Positions 53,707-64,000 of a DNA stretch of 64,000 bases are shown here, piece by piece. A program made the translations under genes and the position numbers. The stretch is from Octopus vulgaris. Taxonomy: Eukaryota. Numbering within the stretch: the stretch's first letter is position 1; each line of letters opens with the position of its first letter. Below the pieces are notes generated by a model. The model did no database searches and was not told where the DNA came from. It was given only the letters and a program-made list of their open reading frames with translations. The DNA lies in contig OX597834.1 of NCBI GenBank assembly GCA_951406725.2, positions 39,928,001-39,992,000 on the forward strand, read 5' to 3'.

Positions 53707-54897
53707 ATCACCATTTGACAACTAGTGTTTATGTGTTTACATCATTGTAACTTAGTAGTTCGGCAAAAGAGACTGATAGAATAAGTCCTGCGGTTGATTA
53801 GTTTGACAAAAAAATCCTTCAAGACGGTGCTCCAGCATGGCCACATGTGTGTATGTGTAGGGGTTGTGTGTGTGGGGAATAACTGTACTTTACATTGTGT
53901 ATGTGTGCGTGTGTGCTTGTATGTGCGTATTTGTGTATACATGTATGTATATTTGTGTGCGTGTATGTATGAGTGTGTGCTGTGTGTATGGGAGGTATGT
54001 GTGGGTTTATTTGCATGTGCGTGTATGTATGTGCATGTATGTATGTGCGTGTCGTATGTGCATGTAGTTGTGTGTGTGTATGTGTGTTCATGTGTGCATA
54101 TGTGGGTGTACATACGTGGGGTTGTGAGTGTCAGGTATGTGTGCATTCGTGTTTGTTTTTCTGGTTGGATGCCCTTCTTTACACCAACCTCCCCGTAGTG
54201 AGGGCTGAATGGTTTTTACGTGGCACAAGCACAAGGGAGGTCAGTTTTGGCATGGTTTTTACAGCTGGGTGCCCTTCCAAATGCCAGCCACTTTACAGTG
54301 AGGACTGGATGCATTTTACGTGGCACCAGCACCGGTAGGGTCACCAAGTAACTTTCAAAGACAAGGAATCTTTGAGAGGGGGAGGTGGCACTGGAGGAGG
54401 TGGTCTTGTGTCAGATGATGAAAAGTTAGAGTGTGACACAGAGACAGAAAGAGCTGTCTTGCTGTTGAGGAGGCACATAGTTACCCAGCAAGAGAGAGAG
54501 AGAGAGGAAGAGAGAAAGAGGGAGAGACTGGTTTCTTTCAATTTCTGTCTACCAAATCCACTCAGAAGGCTTTGGCTAGCCTGAGGTGCCATTCCCCACA
54601 CACACAACCCCTACACATACACACATGTGGCCATGCTGGAGCACCGTCTTGAAAGATTTTTGTCAAACTAATCAACCCCAGGACTTATTTTATTGGTCTC
54701 TTTTGCCGAACTACTAAGTTACAATGATGTAAACACATCAACACAAGACAGGCTTCTTTCAGTTTCCAAATCCACTCACAAGGCTTTGGTTCTACTGTGT
54801 GACACTTTGGGCCAGTGTCTTCTACTTTAGCCTCGGGTCGAACCCAGAACTATATGGTTGGGAGACAAGCTTCTTACCACACAGCCACACCTGCACC
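53315..54897. mobile_element. Rearranged SINE A cluster: fold-back plus inverted duplication
   Basis: 53581-53880 is the reverse complement of 54591-54837 (with a deletion), including the non-SINE flank TGTGTGTATGTGTAGGG(G)TTGTGTGTGTGGGGAAT. Confidence 0.85.
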
Positions 54898-54943
<46 letters not shown>

Positions 54944-54956
54944 GCTATAATTATTA

Positions 54957-55172
54957 AGGCAGTGAGCTGGCAGAATTGTTAACATACAGGGCAAAAATGC
55001 TCAGCAGTATTTCATCTGTCCTTACGTTCTGAGTTCAAATTCCACCAAAGTTGACTTTGCCTTTCATCCTTTCAGCACCGATAAATTAAGTACCAGTGAT
55101 ACACTGGGGGCGATGTAATCGACTAGTCCCCCTCCTCCAAAATCTTCAGGCCTTGTGCTTTTAGTAGAAAGG
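54957..55172 (+). mobile_element. SINE family B-type copy
   Basis: AGGCAGTGAGCTGGCAGAAT...GAGTTCAAATTCC...GCCTTTCATCCTTTC. Confidence 0.85.
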
Positions 55173-55557
55173 TTTATCATTATAATTATTATTAGTATCG
55201 TAATTATTATTCCTTTAATTATGATCTTTTGTCATTGGTGTTTCTCTTCTTTTAGGATTTTACAAGCAAAGAACAATAACGAAGCATGCTGGGAAGTATA
55301 ATGGTAGATTCTTTCAGCTCCGCAGATCAAAAGAAACAGAAGCAACAAACACAACATCCGCTACAACAACAACAACAACAGCATCAACACCATCAACAAA
55401 ACTCCATTTATAGACAATAATGTTTGTTTTGAAGATTGTCTGTTTTGGTTGGAACCTGAACTATGTTTTGTTCTTCAGGGATTATTTCATGTTATTCCAT
55501 CCCCTTCGCCCCCACCGGCTCCACCTTTCCCAGATTTCTTCCACTGACGACACCACC

Positions 55558-55588
<31 letters not shown>

Positions 55589-55639
55589 ACAACCTTCTCC
55601 ACCATCCTCAAGAGTTCTTTACAATCCTGCCGCTAACAT

Positions 55640-56031
55640 CACCATCTCCACCACCACCACCATCATCATCATCTCCACCACCACCACCATCACCATCATC
55701 TCCACCACCACCATCATCTCCACCACCACCACCACCACCATCATCTCCACCACCACCACCACCACCACCACCATCTCCACCACCACCACCACCACCATCA
55801 TCTCCACCACCACCATCATCTCCCCCACCACCGTCATCTCCACCACCACCATCACCATCATCTCCACCACCACCACCACCATCATCATCACCACCACCAC
55901 CACCACCATCATCATCCCCACCACCACCACCACCATCTCCACCACCACCACCATCATCTCCACCACCACCGCCATCATCTCCACCACCACCACCACCACC
56001 ATCATCCCCACCACCACCACCACCACCACCA
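55640..56031. repeat. (CCA/TCA/TCT)n cryptic trinucleotide array
   Basis: Direct inspection. Confidence 0.95.
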
Positions 56032-57192
56032 TAAACCATTGGACTTCTTCCCGCCCACCCTACACCCACCCCTTATACCATTCCCTTGGAACATTCTGTA
56101 ATATTCTCATTACTAATTAACTCAGGATTAATGAGGTATTTATTACTAATTAACCCCGAGATCAACGAGATTTTTATTTCCTTTCTGTAATATCGAGTTT
56201 GTTAATTTATTGTTTGTTTGTTTGTTTCTATAAATTTTGGCTCATTTGCATATTTATATATATAATTATATATTTATTCATATTTTTTTAATTGATATTA
56301 CTATCATTATGGAGTCCCCAAACACTGGATCTTTAGGAAATGTTTCCTCGAATTTATTAACTAAGAAATAGAGTGAGACACAGAGAGAGAGGGAGAGAGA
56401 GGGTGTGTGTGTGTGTCTTTCTATCTGTGTTTGTCCCCCACCACTGTTTGGCAACTGGTGTTGATGTGTTTATGTCTACATATTGTAGCAGTTCAGCAAA
56501 AGAGACTGATAAAATAAGTACCAGGCTTAAAAAAAAATAAATAAGTACAGACGACTGGCAAGCCAGAAGGCTGCACCAGGCTCCAATCTGAGCTGGCAAG
56601 GTTTCTACAGCTGGATGGCATTTCGTAACACCAACCACTCCGAGAGTGTAGTGGGTGCTTTTTACATGCCACCGCCATGAGGACCACTCAGGCAGTACTG
56701 GCATTGACCATGCTTCAATGGTGCCTTTTACGTGCCACCAGCACAGGAGCAAGTCAGGTGGCACTGGCAACAACCATGTTTAAATGGTGCTTTTTACATG
56801 CCACTTGCATGGGAGCTGGTCAGGCCACACTGGCAATGACCATGCTCAAATGGTGCTTTTTATGTGCCACCAGCACAGGAGCCAGTCAGGCGACACTGGT
56901 AACGGCCAAGCTTGAGCAGTGCTAAATCTAGAGTTGTTTGTTTTGAAGCTTTTTTGTGTTCTCTATAAATCTCTTGGTAACATGCAGAAGCATTTGTTAT
57001 GGTAACAGAAACTTTTGCCCTTCATTCAAAATTTGGGCCTTTATAGTTATTATAAAATAAAACACATAAACCTGGGAGCTCAAAAAGCGGGCCCTTGTAC
57101 AATTGAGGTATTACTGTATATATGTGCTTGCATGTATGTGTGCAAATGTATATGTATATATGTGAGCATATATACATGTATACGTGTGTATA

Positions 57193-57227
<35 letters not shown>

Positions 57228-58215
57228 ATATGAATGTGTATATATTTAAATATGTATTTGTGTGTGTATATATGAGTGTGTGTGTAAATGCATACATATG
57301 TATTTGTGTGTGTAAATGTATATGTAGACATGTGCGAGTGTATATACATGTATATGCATGTGTATAAATATGTGAGCTTGTGTGTGTGTATATATAACCA
57401 TGTGTGTCTGTGTGTGTGAGTCTATAGTTATGTGTGTGTGAGTCTATAGCCATGTGTGTGTCTGCGCATAACCACGTATGTGTACATGTGTATGTATAAC
57501 TGTGTGTGTGTGCATGTAACGATGTGTATGTGTGTATAGCCATGTGCATATCTATAACTGTCTGTGCACGTAAAGTCTATAGCTATGTGTGTGTATAACC
57601 GTGTGTGTGTGTATGTGTGTGATTGAGTGCCAAACAGCACTTTAGGAGAAAGATATGTCAAAGAATGCTTATAAGTCTGTTAACCACTAGACTTGCCACA
57701 AAACCACTACCACCACCACCACCACCACTCAACCATCACTGCCACCACCATGACAATGATCCTCATTATCACTGCCACCATGCCCACCACCACAAAAGTA
57801 TGTAAGTGGTCATCCGATGAAGGCTCTCAAGTGCAGTGTTATTGAGAAGCCCTTCCAAAAGAACTTTCCTCAGCCAATCTGGCCCCACTGACCAAGTGGA
57901 AGTAATTTTCAATTGTCATGACTCACACAATCCCAGAACAACAACAGGAACCACAGTGGCAAGAACAGCAACAACAACAACAACCACAATTTATTTATTT
58001 AATAAGATTCTGTGATCATATCAAGTTAAGGTGGCGGATAATTGAGAAGAGTTGCTTTGTGAAATAATTCTTGACACGAATCCTTTTGTTATCGTATTTC
58101 TGTTGAGATGATCTGCGTTTCTTTCAGTTAATTTTGAATATAACAAAGAATTTTGTAAAATACCTTACAAACTTACATAGGCGTAAGAGTGGCTGGGTGG
58201 TAAGTAGTTTGCTAA

Positions 58216-58447
58216 GGCAACGAACTGGCAGAAATGTTAGCACGCTGGGCAAAATGCTTTGCCATATTTCGCCTGCCGCTACGTTCTGAGTTCGAATTCT
58301 GCCAAGGTCGACTTTGCCTTTCATCTTTTCAGGGTCAATAAATTAAGTACCAGTTACGCACTGGGGTCGATGTAATCGACTTAATCCCTTTGTCTGTCCT
58401 TGTTTGTCCTCTCTGTGTTTAGCCTCTTGTGGGCAGTAAAGAGATAG
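58216..58447 (+). mobile_element. SINE B inserted at a SINE A head
   Basis: Preceded by GGCGTAAGAGTGGCTGGGTGGTAAGTAG. Degenerate TSD GGTAAGTAGTTTGCTAA / GGAAGAAGTTTTGTTAA. Confidence 0.85.
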
Positions 58448-59888
58448 GAAGAAGTTTTGTTAATGAACAGCTTGTGATTTCAAAGCGACAAAAATATTTT
58501 GACGGAAATGAAATTTAAATGTTGAAGTGAAACTAACGGTTTTTTTATGTTCTTCAATGGCTTACAAACATCCTCCAGGCTGCAACTGTTTTTTTTCTCT
58601 TTTCTCAGCACACGATCTCATAACAAGTCACTTGCCATGCAAGTACATCTCGGTAATATTACCACCATCATTTTCTCAATCTCTAACAGAAGCTCAAAGC
58701 CACAATTTTGACCAGAGATGCGTATACCACTCCCAATATATGCCACAAGAGTCAAAGGAAATATAAAGTGCCTACGTCTTTGTAATAACTACAATGACTC
58801 TACCAAACTCTCACAGTTCCAATAATATCTAATCAGAGATCAAAGCCGTTTCCAAACAAATGATACTCAGAACTACAATTTTATTATCATCTAATATTAC
58901 ACAGAATAAACCAAGATTTTCTTTGAACGACACAACTTTATTTTCTCTCTTTTCGCAGAGAGAGTATTTTAACGAATATACTTTTAATTTTAACGAGGCA
59001 GCTTTTGTAATATTTCATTTAAAAGCCAAGTATTGTTTTTGTTGTTAGTTTCTGACAAGTCTCATAGATTATATATATATTTTCTCATTTTTTTTTTTTA
59101 ATATTCTTATTTATTTGTTTATCATTGAAGAAACAGTCTCTAGAGCAATTATTTACCATTCCACAGTAACCAGAATGGTTATCTATTAACTACAGAAAAT
59201 TCTGATATCAATCAGGCACCATAGTCTCATCAAAGAACTAATGGTTTGAAGAAAAGAAATTAGCCATCTTGTAGAGTTAAATAATTTTTACATTGTCTAG
59301 CTAGGAAACACACACACACAGGAATACATGAGCACATATACATAAACACACACACACCCATGAAAATAGACATGCACACACATGTGAGCAGACACACACA
59401 CACACACAAATATGTGAGCACATGTATATGAACACAAACATAAAAATAGATATACATATACACACACAGAAATACAGATGTAGCTACATACACACACGTG
59501 CACACACACACAAATACAGACAACCGCACCCAGACATATATGCATGGGCACATGCATCCACTCACAAATGCACACACACACATACGAGCACATATAAAAA
59601 TACAGGTGCACACACACACACACACACATCACTTATTTGTATGAAAGTGATCAGAGATAAAAATCATTCAGAAAATTCCCATCAAATAATGGCAAGTAAA
59701 ACAAAAAAAAAATATCAAAGTGATTTTATGAAGTTAAATATTTACAATGTCTAGTTTAGATATTTACACACACACAGATACACACACACACACAATTATA
59801 CATACTCAGATACACACACACACACACTCAATTATACATACACAGACACACACATAATTATACATACTCAGACACACACATGTATATA

Positions 59889-60316
59889 CAGGGTGTGGTG
59901 GTTAAATTATCACCATTTTATATTTTTAGTTCCACATGTGAATTGTTTGTTTTGATTTTGTCAACTACACAGTATAGTAGGGTCAGTTGGGTACTGTCTG
60001 TGAGAAAAACAGGCACCACGATGCAATTCACTCAGCCAGAAATTTGGAAATGACATGCTGCACTGCTTGGCATTCACGCCAGAAGCTCCATTATGAACAT
60101 TTCAGAGTTTTTGGGTGTCAATCTGAGGACAATCTAAGGACACGTACTGAGAGCGATAAAAATCAAACATCCAGCCAACATCATGGTGTTTGAAGGGATC
60201 ACTAGTGATGGCGATGTTATGCCTCCATTCATCTGACTCAACACAGATGCCTACATCAAGTGCCTGGAGGAGGTAGTGCTGCCTCAAGGGTGGCTGCTGG
60301 AAGACTCTATGTCTGG
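59889..60316 (+). mobile_element. Tc1/mariner-superfamily transposon remnant (internally deleted transposase)
   Basis: TA|CAGGGTG terminus. Translation IMVFEGITSDGDVMPPFI...LNTDAYIKCLEEVVLP...VAAGR resembles the IS630/Tc1 catalytic region. Confidence 0.75.
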
Positions 60317-60709
60317 ATTTTATGAAAAGATGGGAAGCATCATATTTTCTGTCACTCACGGGAAAAAAAAACAACCTTTCGAGATAAGAAAAATAAAAAA
60401 CAAAAGATAAAATATAAACGCTAAAGTGCTTCTCTCCCCTTAAGGAGAATACTCACCCTCTCTATTATTTCATAGAAGTCATTCATTCACTTCTACTCTT
60501 TTACTCCTTAACCAACTGTAAACAGCACCAGTTGTTGTTCCTAATCAAGTAACGATGTAATTTGACCAATATCTACTTGATAGGTGGAACTACTTTTTTA
60601 TTTTTTTACACAAGTGTCATCCTCTCCAGGATAACTTCCAAGTGTAAATAGCAATGCCCTTCAACTTCCTTTAGGCATTTCCACTTAGATGTGTCCATAT
60701 ATCATATCG

Positions 60710-60956
60710 TGGAGGTGCATGGCTTAGTGGTTAGGGTGTCAGCATCATGATCGTAAGATTGTGGTTTCGATTCCGGACCGGGCAACGCGTTGTTTTCTTG
60801 AGCAAAACACTTCATCGCCTGTTGCTCCAGTCCACTCAGCTCGCAAAAATGAGTAATGCTGCGATGGACTGACGTCCCGTCCAGCTGGGGAACAAATACG
60901 CCATAGAAACTGGGAAACTGGGCCCATGAGCCTGGCTAGGCTTTAAAAGGGCGCAT
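60710..60956 (+). mobile_element. SINE family C variant
   Basis: GGAGGTGCATGGCTTAGTGGTTAGGG...GGTTTCGATTCCGG...TTCTTGAGCAAAACACTT. Confidence 0.85.
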
Positions 60957-61238
60957 TTATTTTTATGTATCATATCAAGGAGACACAATGACAGAATTGT
61001 TAGCATGTAGGACAAAATGCATAACAGCATTTTCTCTGGATCTTTACATTCTCAGTTCAAATCCTGTTGATGTATGAAACTTTGCCAAGCAACTAGATCA
61101 AAACGTATGTAGGACTTTTAATGCTTATTTTAAAATTAAAGTTATATGTTCCTTTAAAATCATTTATTTGCTATATTTTATTGTGCAAATGATACAAATA
61201 AAATAAGCATCCGTTATTAACTCTATGTTAATAATGAG

Positions 61239-61640
61239 GGCGGCGAACTGGCAGAAACGTTAGCACACTGGGTGAAATGCTTAGTGTATTTCGTCAGTCT
61301 TTATGTTCTGAGTTCAAATTCTGCCGAGGTCGACTTTGCCTTTCATCCTTTCGGGATCAATTAAATAAGTACCAGTTACACATTGGGGTCGATATAATTG
61401 ACTTAATCCGTTTGTCTGTCCTCGTTTGTCCTCTCCGTGTTTAGCCCCTTGTGGGTAGTAAAGAAATAAGTATTTCGTCAGTCTTTACATTCTGAGTTCA
61501 AATTCTGTCAATGTCAACTTTGCCTTCTATCCTTTCAGGGTCAATAAATTAAGTACCAGTTACGTACTGGAGTCGATCTAATTAATTGGGGGCCCCTCCC
61601 CCTAAATTTCAGGCCTTGTGCCTAAAGTAGAAAGGATTAT
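61239..61640 (+). mobile_element. SINE B with tandem restart
   Basis: Tail AAAGAAATA joins AGTATTTCGTC at ~61469. Confidence 0.85.
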
Positions 61641-61744
61641 TAACTCAATGTTTTCTTATATTAATATATACATATAAATCTGGCACACAGCGGTTATACT
61701 GATAAGGGTTCCAGTTAATCCAATCAATGGATCAACCTGCTTAT

Positions 61745-61975
61745 AAAATGAACAATTGTTTCGGCTGCTGTTTTCCTCGGCAGAAAACCAAATTTCACAG
61801 AAGCACTCTGTTCCTTCATTTCAGCCATTGCAAAATAAATCGATGGACAGGGGAGAAGCACTGCAAAGTAAAGATGCACCATGTGGCAGTAGGACGGCAC
61901 TTGACACCGCCAGTCGGTATAGTGATGTCTGAGTGTCACATCAAGTGGCTCCTAGTAGTGGAAACCTGAACTACA
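61745..61975 (-). mobile_element. Mariner transposase 5' remnant
   Basis: MAEMKEQSASVKFGFLPRKTAAETIV resembles the mariner N-terminal HTH (EQRxxVKFCFxLGKTAxET). Confidence 0.75.
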
Positions 61976-62233
61976 ACAGGCTTGTTCCACAGAGAACATT
62001 TTCAGTTACTTTTCGGCACCGCTTTGTGTGTGTGTATGATAGATTGCTAGCCACTAAACCTTTTTCTATTTTCTCTCCCTGTTTATTTCTGTGTTCCTTT
62101 CTGTCGAAGAGCATAGGCTCGAAATGTAAAAGACGTTCTCACTTTCTGAGCGTTAAACTAATACATCTGTTTGTTGTTTACACATCCATCTTCGTCTTTT
62201 GTTTCTTTTTGTAAGTTCACACTATATACATAT

Positions 62234-62274
<41 letters not shown>

Positions 62275-62302
62275 CACACACATACACACACACATAGACA
62301 TA

Positions 62303-62518
62303 TGAGGGGGTGCCGAATAGTTCCTGGCTTTAAGGGTATAGCAAAAGGCCAAGTTGAAGGCCCAACATTCCAAGTTCTTTTAAGGGCTTAGAAAAACTGA
62401 AGGACCACTGCAAAAAGTGTGCGAATCTGAGAGGGGAATATGTTGAATAAAATCATAATTAACTGATCCTCCTGTATTTTCTTTTACCAGAAGCCAGGAA
62501 CTTTTTAGCGCACCCTCA
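62303..62518 (+). mobile_element. Mariner-derived MITE with TA TSD
   Basis: TA|TGAGGGGGTGCCGAATAGTTCCTGGCT ... AGCCAGGAACTTTTTAGCGCACCCTCA|TA. Internal KGLEKLKDHCKKCANLRGEYVE* matches a mariner C-terminus. Confidence 0.88.
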
Positions 62519-62699
62519 TATGTGTGCATGTGTGTGTGTGTGTGTCTGTCTGTATGTATATACACACATATTCTTCAGAACTGTGCATACACTAAATATA
62601 AATAAACAAATATATATATAAAATTTTATCTCTCCCACATCACATTATTTACACATACACACACAAACATGCATGCAAGCATACATGCATGCACATACA

Positions 62700-63504
<805 letters not shown>

Positions 63505-63824
63505 ATGTTTTTCCATTAACCAATATTCCTGCCGAAGTTTAAAACACAAAGATCTGTTAGACTCAACAACGATGACAACAACAACAATGACAACAACAGC
63601 AACAACAAGAACAACGATAATAACAAAAACAGCATAAACGTAATATCTAATGCTATCAGAAACATTTAGGAGCAAAAAAAAAAACAATAAACAATAAACA
63701 AATCACTTTGTCAAGAAAAACACTGGAGGTGGGTGGCTGGGTGGGGGGCGGGGAGCATTTATGTTAATAGAGATGCTAGTTTAAGATGATGAGAATCGGA
63801 GTAAGGTGGAGGCGGGGGGGATCT

Positions 63825-63861
<37 letters not shown>

Positions 63862-64000
63862 ACGGTATTATTGGTTTCACTTTACCTTACGTTCTACAGT
63901 TGTGTTGTTGCCCATAGCAGCCTCTTTGACAGTGTGTGTATATTAGTTTGAAGAGGATGTATATTTTCGTTGCAAGAAGCATCTTTGCCTTTAAGATGTC

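Noticed and set aside
55420-56069. Extensin/formin-like poly-Pro ORF and Gly/Asp antisense ORF
   Set aside because: Trinucleotide cryptic repeat with no domain context or convincing splice structure.
57812-57858. SECIS- or hammerhead-like hairpin after CCGATGAAG
   Set aside because: Stem geometry and AA/GA or GAAA placement do not fit either motif.
58566-58579. Possible 14-bp minus-strand microexon (cag|...|gtaagc)
   Set aside because: No polypyrimidine tract (A-rich upstream) and not frame-preserving.

Overview
AT-rich, repeat-saturated animal genomic DNA. The SINE, RTE, CR1, R4, mariner and piggyBac complement and the microsatellite load look like a coleoid cephalopod (Octopus-like); this is inference. 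The window appears to be almost entirely intron of a minus-strand SynGAP/DAB2IP/RASAL2(nGAP)-family RasGAP gene. Only one 104-bp coding exon of it is recognisable (20736-20839, HFFTKKGLRTNLKRTKSVTKLDRK...). Almost all ORFs in the supplied track are microsatellite or repeat artefacts. The most interesting structures are: (1) a U6 snRNA retrocopy fused to a tRNA-type SINE, with the whole unit bracketed by one 16-bp target-site duplication; (2) a recurrent tail-to-internal-GGTAT junction in that SINE family; (3) a 218-bp zero-spacer palindrome beside a SINE fold-back/inverted duplication that carries a shared micro-inversion; (4) a 162-bp higher-order minisatellite that is stop-free in all three frames of the host sense strand. 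No prokaryotic-type system (CRISPR, operon) is present. SINE family labels A/B/C are my own, only representative copies are listed, and most repeat boundaries are approximate.
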